Shown in pieces: positions 51,575-61,886 of a stretch of 64,000 bases of DNA (its first letter is position 1; every line of letters begins with the position of its first letter). Both the position numbers and the translations under genes were made by a program. The stretch spans positions 166,692 through 230,691 of the IMG/VR virus record IMGVR_UViG_3300032227_001172; one strand, 5' to 3'. Source of the stretch: a virus (Duplodnaviria > Caudoviricetes). The notes beneath the pieces were generated by a model, which saw nothing but the letters and a program-made list of their open reading frames with translations, did not search any database and was not told the DNA's origin.

Positions 51575-53105
51575 AAAAAAACTAGACCCAGAATTATATT
51601 CTATCCCGGATGAGTTTGCTTCAAAAATCAAACAAATAAAAATACTATTATCTAATGTTTCTGCAATAGCCAGAAAAGAAATGAAACTTTGCCTTTTTAA
51701 TGAGGTTCTTTCATCAATAAATTTTGATACTCATTTTTTTGTTAAGTTGGCTAACTTTTATGATGACGATCCCGCCGAAAAAATTAAATTGTATAATCTA
51801 GCTCTAGAAGCAGATAGCAATAATGTTTGGGCGTTGATTGGTCTGATAAAAGTTTACATTCAAAACAATAATGAAAATTTAGCCAAAGATACATATTTTA
51901 AAATTGTATGTTTAAGAGATAGTAAAAAATTTGATGATCATACACATAACACAATAGAAGAAACATGTATAGCATACTCAACATATATACAATATTCTAA
52001 ATCGAACAGTAACCTATTGCCTTATTTTATAAACAAAGCTTTAAAACCTGTATCTTACAATATAGAAGAAAACAAGAAAACAGTAAAGTATAAAGCGGGA
52101 GATATGAGCTTCACAACCATTAAGGAAGATCAAAAAAATGGTAAGCTAAATATGCCCGCTCTTACAGGCTTTAACTCTCACAGGTCTGGTTGGAATTACG
52201 TTATAGAAAATGGTTTGATGAACTTTCATAATTCTCAATCTAAAATTATTCTTGATGGATTTTTAGAAAATACTTTTATATGGAGAAATAGAAACTTTAA
52301 AGACATGGGAATTATTCCATACAAACAAAAATGGGTTGGTTTCATTCATAATCCACCGAACACACCGGATTGGGTTACATCAATGAACCAAACTAATTCG
52401 GGACTATTCAATAACCCCGAATTCAAGAAAAGCATGGAAAATTGTTTGGGAATCTATACGCTATCAAAAAATCATGCAGATAGTGTCGAAAAACTTTTGA
52501 GAGAGTATGATGTTAAAATAAATTATCTATATCACCCAACAGAATTTCCAAATGTTAGATTTAGTATTAGTGAATTTTTAAAAAACAAAAGACCAAGAGT
52601 TATCAATATTGGACATTGGCTAAGAAAACAATATTCTTTTTACAAATTAAAAACAAAATTAATCAAGACAAAAACACAACAAGACATTAAAAAGCAAGCA
52701 GAGGTTCTAAAAAGAGAGCTAGGGTTTGGTCACATAGTTAGTGAAAATGAGTTAGATTCTGTAGTTACTCTGGAGACACTAACAGACTCAGACTATGATT
52801 ATATACTATCAAAAAATATAGTCTTTTTGGATCTCTACGACAACTCTGCCACAAATACAATTATTGAATGTATGTCCAGACAAACTCCCATCCTAGTTAA
52901 TCACTTGCCTGCTACTGTAGAGTATTTGGGAGAAGATTATCCTCTATACTATAGCGACCTAGAGGAAGCTGAACAAAAACTTAATGATATTGATTTAATT
53001 TGTAGCGCAAGTGTTTATTTGTCTCAGTATAATGTTTTAGAAAAAATAACTATAGATAAATTTATAAAGGATTTTGAAAACTCTTCAATATATAGATCTC
53101 TATGA
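51561..53105 (+). CDS. TPR-like N-terminus plus putative glycosyltransferase domain
   Basis: HRSGW, GFIHNPP, IGHWLR, NTIIEC, VEYLGEDYPLYY. Confidence 0.65.
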   Translation: MTNIKKKLDPELYSIPDEFASKIKQIKILLSNVSAIARKEMKLCLFNEVLSSINFDTHFFVKLANFYDDDPAEKIKLYNLALEADSNNVWALIGLIKVYIQNNNENLAKDTYFKIVCLRDSKKFDDHTHNTIEETCIAYSTYIQYSKSNSNLLPYFINKALKPVSYNIEENKKTVKYKAGDMSFTTIKEDQKNGKLNMPALTGFNSHRSGWNYVIENGLMNFHNSQSKIILDGFLENTFIWRNRNFKDMGIIPYKQKWVGFIHNPPNTPDWVTSMNQTNSGLFNNPEFKKSMENCLGIYTLSKNHADSVEKLLREYDVKINYLYHPTEFPNVRFSISEFLKNKRPRVINIGHWLRKQYSFYKLKTKLIKTKTQQDIKKQAEVLKRELGFGHIVSENELDSVVTLETLTDSDYDYILSKNIVFLDLYDNSATNTIIECMSRQTPILVNHLPATVEYLGEDYPLYYSDLEEAEQKLNDIDLICSASVYLSQYNVLEKITIDKFIKDFENSSIYRSL

Positions 53106-53896
53106 ATAAAGAACTTAAAATAAGCTGTGTTTGTATAACTAAAAGTGGTAGAACTTCTTTTTTAAAAAAATCAATAGGGTATTTTCAAAGTCAAACCTAC
53201 CCTAACACAGAACTAATAATAGTAAGTCAGGCAACACAAGAAGAAAATAAACAAATTGAGCAATTTATATTGGACTCAAAAGTAAAGATAAAATTATATA
53301 TTGTTGATGAACAAATGGACATAGGAACTATGAGACATACTTCTGTTCTACTTTCTCAAGGAGAAATTGTTTGTCAGTGGGATGATGATGATGTTTTTGG
53401 AAAGAATAGATTATCAAACCAGTATATTAAACTACTATCAGATACCAACAATGTTGGTTCTGCCTATTGTTCTTTGTTGTATTATTTTAAAAACGATAGG
53501 AAAATTTTTTTAAGTAATTGGTCAAAAAACGAAACAATAGATCGTAAATTTCACCAAGGAACAATAATGTTCTATAAAGATGCTTACGACGAAAGAGTTT
53601 ATTATAATCCCGTACAAGCTGGAAACTCAGAAGATTGGGCTTTTGCAAAAAAAATTGTTCTTGAGGGAAATATAGGACTTATTAATCAATTTGGCGACTT
53701 TGTTTATGTTTATCATGGTAGCAACACTATGGAATTAGGTCATCATAAAACTGCTATAGACTGGAATTTAAAGGGAGACGAGGAAACCTTAATTCAAAAT
53801 AAAGACAATATTGAAGATATTCTGAATCTATTGAAAGAAGACTTTCCTATAAGCATAGTATCAAATAACGAAAAAATAATTTTAACTAAAAACTAG
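53102..53896 (+). CDS. GT2 family glycosyltransferase
   Basis: ISCVCIT, QTYPNTELIIV, QWDDDD, SED. Confidence 0.88.
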   Translation: MNKELKISCVCITKSGRTSFLKKSIGYFQSQTYPNTELIIVSQATQEENKQIEQFILDSKVKIKLYIVDEQMDIGTMRHTSVLLSQGEIVCQWDDDDVFGKNRLSNQYIKLLSDTNNVGSAYCSLLYYFKNDRKIFLSNWSKNETIDRKFHQGTIMFYKDAYDERVYYNPVQAGNSEDWAFAKKIVLEGNIGLINQFGDFVYVYHGSNTMELGHHKTAIDWNLKGDEETLIQNKDNIEDILNLLKEDFPISIVSNNEKIILTKN

Positions 53897-54352
53897 AGAA
53901 AAATAAATGAAAATTCAAATAAACAATGCTGAAATAATAGATTTAACCATACCAGAACTATATGATTGTTGGCTTATAGATAAAGAAAGCTTTCATCACT
54001 GGCTAACTAGAAAGTCTGATATAAAAATACCCCAAGAAGCGGATACTGGCACTTGGTTTTTTGTGGAACAAGAAGAAGAAGAATCGTACAGAGTTAACCT
54101 AAAAGATTACATAGCATGGTGGAATCCTCTTGTTGCTTATGTAAGAGCCATGCCGGTCAATAATTATGAGATCATTGATGACTATATTGCATATGTAAAA
54201 TTTGAGATATACAACAACAATTATCCAGATGGATACTGGGATAACTAATTGTAGGAAGTTTGCTAGGTAATCTCAAGTTCGACGTTTGACAAGTCGATAC
54301 CAATAGTGTAGAATCGCAACATACACTTTGGAACGAACTCTTTGAGGATATT

Positions 54353-55051
54353 ATGACAGACACAGTTGTTGAGAAAAAGCCGGTAGTTATGAGTACAAGC
54401 AAGGCAGACGAATTTTTCAAGAATTTTCCCAAAGACAAGGTAATTGCTTATAAAGACTATTGGGAAACTGTTCGTCCCAAAACTGACGAAGATATTTTCC
54501 GTCGCTATCTTTTCGCATACTGCTCAGTGCATACCACTTGGCAGGGTAATGTCAAGGGATATAATGCTATTAAAAATTTTAGCGAGTGGGTGGATAGCAA
54601 AGAAATTCTTCTGGAAAAACTCCACAAAAGCGGCGTTGGATTGCACAATAATCGTACCACTTATATCTGGGATTTTAGCACCAAGTTTTGGGCCAATCCT
54701 AAAGATTTTTATTTGACCACAAAGAAGTATCATGTTAAGAAAAGAGACAGTATCCTGAATAAGATTAGTGGCATTGGATTGGCTAAGATTAGCTTTGCTC
54801 TTGAGATGATTCATCCTAATGAGGCAAGAGTGTTGTGTGGTGATATTCATCAATTGAGACTTTACGATGTTGAGGCTCTTAAATATAATAAGAGCAAGAC
54901 TGGTTCGGAAATCTACAAAAAAATGGAGCGTCATTGGATGGTTAATTGTGGCAAATTGAAAGTCCCATCTTATGTAGCAAGGTCGATCTATTGGGATGAA
55001 CTTCAAAAGAAGGAAGATAGTCGCTACTGGAGTTATGTGCTAGAATCATGA
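54353..55051 (+). CDS. helix-hairpin-helix DNA glycosylase-like protein
   Basis: ISGIGLAKISFAL HhH followed by DIHQLR (catalytic Lys/Asp as in Ogg-type enzymes). Confidence 0.65.
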   Translation: MTDTVVEKKPVVMSTSKADEFFKNFPKDKVIAYKDYWETVRPKTDEDIFRRYLFAYCSVHTTWQGNVKGYNAIKNFSEWVDSKEILLEKLHKSGVGLHNNRTTYIWDFSTKFWANPKDFYLTTKKYHVKKRDSILNKISGIGLAKISFALEMIHPNEARVLCGDIHQLRLYDVEALKYNKSKTGSEIYKKMERHWMVNCGKLKVPSYVARSIYWDELQKKEDSRYWSYVLES

Positions 55052-55617
55052 GATTTCCTAGAGTTGCTATCATTAAAAACGATGAGATAATAGAATATGG
55101 ATATCTTAATAAAGACATGCCTCAAAATGATGGGTCATATTTGTATGAAATTTATGGTGATTCATCAAAACTTTATGTTTTAACAGAAAACCAATTTTTA
55201 TATATTGGAGAAAATGATGAGTCAAAACGGTAAAGGTAGTAAACCAAGGCCAAAAGGTGTGGATCAAAAAACTTGGGAGAAAAATTATGATAAAATCTTT
55301 AAAAAGAAAAAATCCAAGTAGTGTATTGTTAATATAATTGACTATACTCATTTAGGAGATTATATGCGTAATACACACTATATTGATGCAAATAAGACAA
55401 ATAAAAATCCAGTAATCTTAGGGCGTATCTGTCATGCTCTGGTGAGACTAAAAGATATTGAGTCAGTATTGGACAAAGAAATCGAAAACAATCAAAAACT
55501 TATTCAAGAATTTTCTAATAGAGGATCTTATGTTTCATGAATTAATATGTTTATATCCGCTTGATTACATACTTCAACTGTATGGATTTTCTAATCTAGA
55601 AATAGAAAGCATAAAAA

Positions 55618-55821
55618 ATGGCACAACTGTTATACAAAAATAAAAGTAATAAAGTTTTATTCGGCGTATGTTCAGGTTTAGCTGATGTTCTGGGTATTGA
55701 TGTTACTATAGTTAGAATACTTACTATTCTAGGAACTATTGTTACTGGCAGTTTAATTTTATGGATATATATTTTACTTGGTTTATTACTACCTAATAAA
55801 GATGATATATCGAATTCCTAA
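55618..55821 (+). CDS. PspC domain membrane protein
   Basis: LYK...NKVLFGVCSGLA...GIDVTIVRI...YI..GLLLP. Confidence 0.9.
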   Translation: MAQLLYKNKSNKVLFGVCSGLADVLGIDVTIVRILTILGTIVTGSLILWIYILLGLLLPNKDDISNS

Positions 55822-56182
55822 TCTTAAACTCTTATTTGAGCTACATAATAAAGCTAGAGAACAATCCTGGCTCTGGAAAAAGAAACCATTATTATTAGAT
55901 AATTCTTTATCGGCTTATGCGTCTAAATGGGCCGAATATATGGCCGATGTAAACACGTTGTTACATAGTCCGGCATCTAGGATATTATCTATGGATTTTT
56001 CTATGGCTGGAGAAAATATAGCATCTGGTTTTAAAACTGAATATGATGTAATGACTTATTGGATGAATAGTTTATCTCATAAAAATAATATTATGAATTC
56101 TAAGTATACCCATATAGGATGTGGTTTTTCTTATTCTAATCAAGATATTTTGTACTGGTGTGTGTGTTTCGGAAAAAAGTAA
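55778..56182 (+). CDS. CAP/SCP domain protein
   Basis: HNKAR, AGENIA, WMNSLSHKNNIM, IGCG. Confidence 0.88.
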   Translation: MVYYYLIKMIYRIPNLKLLFELHNKAREQSWLWKKKPLLLDNSLSAYASKWAEYMADVNTLLHSPASRILSMDFSMAGENIASGFKTEYDVMTYWMNSLSHKNNIMNSKYTHIGCGFSYSNQDILYWCVCFGKK

Positions 56183-56292
56183 AGATCGCTGTTGACAATG
56201 CCGATCCTATAGGATAGAATACAATGCGTTATGGGTGTATCAGTCGCTTGATTGAGCCTGTATCACATATTTTTTGGTAAGGGAGAATTATT

Positions 56293-56577
56293 ATGGCAGA
56301 TGTTGTTGTTGGTGAGAAGCAAAAGAGGGTTCGTTGCAGTCATGAGCAGTTTCTTGAGGCTGTTTATTCCAGTAAGACATATGCAGAAATTTCTGTAAAG
56401 ACTGGTCAAAAAGTAGCGTCAACAATGGCTCGTTATGCCCGTGCAAAGAAGGTATTGGCGGCTAAGGGTGAAAATCTTCCTGAGATGGAAAGAAAGAAAG
56501 TTACTAAGACAGTGGATAATGTCGATATTATGTTGGAAACTGTGCGTCGTCTTAAGGCCGCTCATTCTAACGGTTGA
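56293..56577 (+). CDS. small basic, possibly DNA-binding protein
   Basis: Promoter at 56192, ggag RBS, HTH-like helices. Confidence 0.65.
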   Translation: MADVVVGEKQKRVRCSHEQFLEAVYSSKTYAEISVKTGQKVASTMARYARAKKVLAAKGENLPEMERKKVTKTVDNVDIMLETVRRLKAAHSNG

Positions 56578-56679
56578 TTTTTTAAACCAAATGCTTCCAA
56601 CTACATCTCTCATAAATATTGGTAGAGACACATAGACAAAATCTAAACAATCGTTATGATATGTAGCTTGGAAGTATAC

Positions 56680-56752
56680 GGGAGTGTAGTCCAACGGCAG
56701 AGACAGTGGACTTAAAATCCATCCAGTGTGAGTTCGATTCTCACCACTCCTA
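56680..56752 (+). tRNA. tRNA-Leu(TAA) with short variable arm
   Basis: gtgga-CTTAAAA-tccat; variable loop ccagt. Confidence 0.9.
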
Positions 56753-57609
56753 CTTAATCTTTTCTAAATGAGTTTACTCTTATGACATTTGATCACTGGA
56801 TAAATGAAATCGAAGGATATAGCGTCAGACAAGAAAGAGCCATGAGCGACATAAGAAATTGTGTTGCAAAAGGAGGAACTGACGATATAATTAAGTGGCT
56901 GATGGCTGCTTATGCTATGGGCCACGAACAAGGTTATGATACCGGATATCATGATGCTAATGAAGATTGTAAAGAAGAGTTTGATGAATATCGAATGGGT
57001 GACGACTTTTAATAAAAGGATTATATAATGACAAAAAGTTCTCTTGATGTATATAAGGTTGGTAGTAGAGTTAAGTTGACTGATGATGTTGATGGAACTA
57101 TTACTGGAATAAATATTAGCTCTAATAATACTGTTATTTATGAGTGTGGATGGTGGAACGGTCGCTCTTATACTAAAGATCATTTCCATGCAGAGCAAAT
57201 AGAATCGACAGTTGCCGATAAGGTTCGTATAGGATTTGCATGATAGAAGAATATGAAAATTGGGAAGATAGTATAAGACGTACATTTATTGAATTAGTAA
57301 CTTATATGGAAGAGATAATGGGTAACAGTCTTTGTAATGGCAGAGTTAAGAATAATAATCCAAAGTCTCCTATAGAATATTTCTTACTTGTAACAGTAAG
57401 AGAATATAGCGATTATGAGGGAGGTACTTATATAGATGAGATTAGAACTGCCGCAGAATTCTTAGAAAAAGAAAAGGATGCTTGCGACGATCCTTTTTAT
57501 CAGATTTATGGATCAGTGCCAGTTGACATTGATGGGCTACCGGGAACAGTTTTTCTTGGCGAATTTTATTCTATAGATAAAGCCAAGAACTTTTTGTATA
57601 ATCTTACTG

Positions 57610-58164
57610 GTGAAGTTCCACAGGTCATCTCTTATTAATATGGTTAATACCAAACATAAGATTGACCTATCTGACTACTATAGTGAAGATGGCGGGTATT
57701 GTACTTTATACAAAATATCTCACCAACCATTTTTAGGCTTTAAAGAATTTATTTCCAAGTCTAGGGCAGAGTATGCTAGAAAAATTCAGTTAAAATTAAG
57801 CAAGCACGATCTTGCCCCCAGAGTATGTTCTGTATTGTGTAAGATGGGTTATGAGCCTTTCTTTACCGAACAAATAAGTGGGTGGGGATATATTACTGAA
57901 TTGGCTAAACCCACTAATACAAATATACAATCGTGGAAAATACAGAAACTAGTAAATGCTATTTACGATAAAACAAAATTAAAATTTTGGGACTGTCATA
58001 CTGCAAATATTGGCTATATTATAAGAGAAGGTAAAAAGAAATTGGTTTGTATTGATACTGGCAAAGAGACTTGGGATGGATATGCTAATTATTTTGGCAA
58101 CTCTGATCCTGGCCCAAAATGTTCGTATTGTTTAAAATATCAATGTAAGTGTGAAGGAATTTAA
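57610..58164 (+). CDS. atypical protein-kinase-like protein, paralog of 9832-10410
   Basis: GFKEF, DLAPRV, GYITELA, DCHTAN, IDTG. Confidence 0.65.
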   Translation: MKFHRSSLINMVNTKHKIDLSDYYSEDGGYCTLYKISHQPFLGFKEFISKSRAEYARKIQLKLSKHDLAPRVCSVLCKMGYEPFFTEQISGWGYITELAKPTNTNIQSWKIQKLVNAIYDKTKLKFWDCHTANIGYIIREGKKKLVCIDTGKETWDGYANYFGNSDPGPKCSYCLKYQCKCEGI

Positions 58165-58474
58165 AATGCCATATATTAGTGAAGAAGAAAGACAGGAACT
58201 GGATAGTGGAATATCTATTATTGTTGGTAATATTTTAAATACAAAGGTTTCATTATCAAATCCACATGATTTTAGTAATTTCTTAGGACGAATAAATTAT
58301 TGTTTTTCTCGTATAATTATGGGTGTTATGCAAACTGTATCTTATAAGAACATTGCTATGGCTACTGGTGTATTAGAGAATATTAAGCAAGAATTATATC
58401 GTCGTGTAGCATCTCCTTATGAAGACAAAAAAATATTGGAACATGGAGATATTAAAGAATATAAACACCTATAA
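58151..58474 (+). CDS. conserved phage protein (MPYI...ELYRRVASPYEDKKI)
   Basis: Motifs. Confidence 0.75.
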   Translation: MKEFKMPYISEEERQELDSGISIIVGNILNTKVSLSNPHDFSNFLGRINYCFSRIIMGVMQTVSYKNIAMATGVLENIKQELYRRVASPYEDKKILEHGDIKEYKHL

Positions 58475-59114
58475 AAAGGGCATATTATGTCATCAGATCT
58501 AGATAAAATTAATAAATTACTAGCTCAAACAGCTAAACAAATTAGTTCAATGGAGTCTCAATACTCAAAAGATTTGTCTGACATTAAAAAAATACTCAAA
58601 CATTTGGATAAAAAAGTTACTGAAATTTCAAATAAAATTCAAGAATTTGAAGTTATCCTAGATGCTGCTGAACTATTAGAGGAACAAATAGAGCAACAAG
58701 AAGCGGAAAGAGAAGAATATAATACTGAATGGAATCCGTATGAAGATGCAGATTATGAAACAGAAGATTATGAAAATTATGATAATGATGATGAATAATG
58801 GCTAGTTTAGCTATACTTGTTACAATTATATTCGTGTCTGTCCTACTTATTGGCCCAATGAGTTATATTTTATCTTTATTTGATTGGATGCCTAGCACAA
58901 TAGTATGGATCATGGGACTACTCTGTATCCTCGTTGGAGGATGGTCTATGTTAGTCCCCGTGTCTTTATTTAAAATTTTGGGTTTGGTAGACCTTCTCAT
59001 AGGATTTAAAATAATAACCGACAAGAGGGAAAAGAAAACTGAAGCTTGACAAGACGGTTTGCCGATGATATACTTGAGCCATCACAGGAACGATAACACT
59101 TTTGGAGAATAAAG

Positions 59115-61790
59115 ATGAAGTTGGCAGATAGGACGATTGAGACTCACAGCGTTGGCGTTGCAAGCAAGAATCAGTTTAACATCGCTCAGACGAGCAAAAT
59201 GTTTAAAATCCTTTCAGACTCTCTTTATTCTGATAAGGTTATGGCTGCAATTCGTGAGCTTTCTACTAATGCTTATGATAGTCATATCTCTGCCGGGAAT
59301 AAGAATCCCTTTAAGGTGACTTTGCCCACCGCTGCCAATACCACCTTCATGGTCAGGGATTATGGCACTGGTCTTAGTCAGGCCGATATGGAGGACTTGT
59401 ATACAACCTATGGTGCATCCAACAAGAATGATAGTAATGATTTTGTTGGTTGTCTTGGTCTAGGCTCTAAGAGTCCGTTTGCATATACCAAGAGTTTTAC
59501 TACTGCATCATACTTCAACGGCAAGAAGTATACCTATATTGCAGCGATTGACGAGAGTGGTGTTCCTACTCTGAATCTTTTCAATACTTCCAATACATCT
59601 GAAGCTAATGGTCTTGAGATTAGTTTTGCGGTTAAGCAGCATGACTTCCAAGAGTTTACCGATAAGGCTAAGAGAATCTTTCACTATTTCCGCATGAAAC
59701 CCATCCTTGAGGGTGGTATTGGTGGGAATCTTCTGGATCATAAGTATAGTAATACCAATATCATCATTAGTGGTGATGGTTGGAGAGTTTGCCGACTCAA
59801 TAATGATAATAATTATTTCCCCAGCAATTACCATCGGATTGATAGTGGTATCGTAGCTATCATGGGTAATATCGCCTATCCTGTTCAGACCGCACAGATT
59901 GTGGGTCAAGAGAAGGAAGAAATGCCTGACCATATTCAGAAGTGGAATAGGGCTTTCCAGAAAGCAGATATTGATTCTTGGAAGAGTTTCGTGAGTGAAA
60001 TCATCAACTCTGGTCTTTATCTGGAACTTGATTTTGGTATCGGTGAACTGGAAATGGATGTTTCCCGTGAAGGTTTGCAGTATACCAAGGATGTTATCAA
60101 GACCCTGCGTAAAAAGACTCAAGAAATCTATATGGAGATGAAGGAAGAATTCTCCAAGAAGATTAAGTCTGCCCAGAATAAGGTAGAAGCAATTACTTCA
60201 TACTATACTATGAATGAATTGGCTGGCGGCTGGGGTGTTGGTGCTACTTGGACTGATCCCAAGGGTAAAGATCATCCTATCAACTCTGGCAATGACTTGG
60301 AATATAAAATTCCTGCCGGTAAGAGTCTGTACGTTTTTAATTATAAGACTGCTGGCTATCGTTCTCGTCGCCAAGTTGCTCTGACAGACAGAATCCATCA
60401 CGAAACCCTTACTGGTAAAGGTTCCTATTATTGGAATAACCAGAAGAAGAAGGGCAAGATGAGTTTCTTTGTGTGCGATGTTGCTAGTGAAGAAAGTGCC
60501 AAGAAGATTCTTACAAGATATTGTAATGCTAACGATTGCTTTGCCTATCTGATGATCGACACTAAGGATCATACAAAAAGCAATGAGGGTTTTGATCAAC
60601 TGATCGAAGATGTTGGGGCTGAAAATCTGCTCAAGGTTTCAGACTATAAACATCTGACACAAAGTTCTGGCCCAAGAAAGTCTTACAATAGAAACTCTAA
60701 CGGTAGCGTTAGTGATCAAGATGTATTCTTTATCCACGGCTATGATAAGGATAGTAAGCAGATTACGAATCCCTATAATGATGCTACATATCTGAGAATT
60801 CTTTCAGAAGAACAGCTAGAGAATTTTCTTGAACAAGACGAGATTGTTTATGTTCCCATGTTGAGATATGGGACTGAACCTGAGTCTGGTTGTCCAGAGA
60901 TTAGCGGTATTGCTAGAACTCTCCAAGAAGATACCCTAAAGAGTATCACGAAGGACTTGATTGGCAATAGTAAGATTTACGCTATCAAAACAGCTTTCCT
61001 TAAAAAGCTTGAGAAGGATGGTTATAATCTTGTTAACTTCAATGATTTTTTGAAGCGTCAACTCAAAATTGTAACACAAAAGCATTTTAAGAATCTTGGT
61101 TCTATTAATAAGCTTGTTGAATATTGTAAGAAAGATTATGCAACAGAAGAGAAGAATGGTGGTGGGTATAGATACTATCAGCACGGAACAACAGATAAGC
61201 AGTTTATGTTTCATATTCTGAATATCTTTGGTCTGGATTATGATAAGTTTATCAACAATAAGATTCTTGTGGATTGTTTGAATAAGACCATCCTTACAGA
61301 GTTCTTTGCTCATACTGTTCATATCAGTCCTTTTAATATTCCACGATTTAGTCAAACAGAATATCTTTCTCATATTTCTAAGCTTATGAAAGAGGTTGGA
61401 ATTGAAGATGTTGATGGCAAGGAAATTCGTAATGCTAATTTGGCTTATAATACCTTGACAAATATGATTATAAATTACTTGTATTCTAAAGATGGTAACT
61501 ACGATAGTTATATTAAGATTATTCGTGGAACTTCTACTCAAGATATTAAGACATGGAAAATATCTGAGATTAGGGAAAAGATTAAGACTGAGGTAGACAA
61601 GAATCCTATGCTCAAGGTTATTATGGGAAATCATCAAGTGTCTGGTAATCTGGTAGATCTTAAGTCTAATCAGAATCCTATCATCGAAGATCGTTCATAC
61701 TATGGAAAGCAGAGTAGGGATTGGGTTGAGCAGATGAGTCAGGAAAATATTGACCTCTTTAAGATTCAGTTGAGTAGTTTGATCAAGTAG
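59115..61790 (+). CDS. rIIA: rIIA-like protein with N-terminal GHKL ATPase fold
   Basis: LSDSLYSDK..AIRELSTNAYDSH, VRDYGTGL, GCLGLGSKSPFAY, SREGLQY; adjacent to rIIB. Confidence 0.9.
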   Translation: MKLADRTIETHSVGVASKNQFNIAQTSKMFKILSDSLYSDKVMAAIRELSTNAYDSHISAGNKNPFKVTLPTAANTTFMVRDYGTGLSQADMEDLYTTYGASNKNDSNDFVGCLGLGSKSPFAYTKSFTTASYFNGKKYTYIAAIDESGVPTLNLFNTSNTSEANGLEISFAVKQHDFQEFTDKAKRIFHYFRMKPILEGGIGGNLLDHKYSNTNIIISGDGWRVCRLNNDNNYFPSNYHRIDSGIVAIMGNIAYPVQTAQIVGQEKEEMPDHIQKWNRAFQKADIDSWKSFVSEIINSGLYLELDFGIGELEMDVSREGLQYTKDVIKTLRKKTQEIYMEMKEEFSKKIKSAQNKVEAITSYYTMNELAGGWGVGATWTDPKGKDHPINSGNDLEYKIPAGKSLYVFNYKTAGYRSRRQVALTDRIHHETLTGKGSYYWNNQKKKGKMSFFVCDVASEESAKKILTRYCNANDCFAYLMIDTKDHTKSNEGFDQLIEDVGAENLLKVSDYKHLTQSSGPRKSYNRNSNGSVSDQDVFFIHGYDKDSKQITNPYNDATYLRILSEEQLENFLEQDEIVYVPMLRYGTEPESGCPEISGIARTLQEDTLKSITKDLIGNSKIYAIKTAFLKKLEKDGYNLVNFNDFLKRQLKIVTQKHFKNLGSINKLVEYCKKDYATEEKNGGGYRYYQHGTTDKQFMFHILNIFGLDYDKFINNKILVDCLNKTILTEFFAHTVHISPFNIPRFSQTEYLSHISKLMKEVGIEDVDGKEIRNANLAYNTLTNMIINYLYSKDGNYDSYIKIIRGTSTQDIKTWKISEIREKIKTEVDKNPMLKVIMGNHQVSGNLVDLKSNQNPIIEDRSYYGKQSRDWVEQMSQENIDLFKIQLSSLIK

Positions 61791-61886
61791 TCAGAAATTG
61801 TTCAAGACCCCTTGACAAGCTTGCCGATTAGTGTAAAATGACAGTATCACAGGTATCGTAACTACAAAGTATTAGGAGTTTGGATT

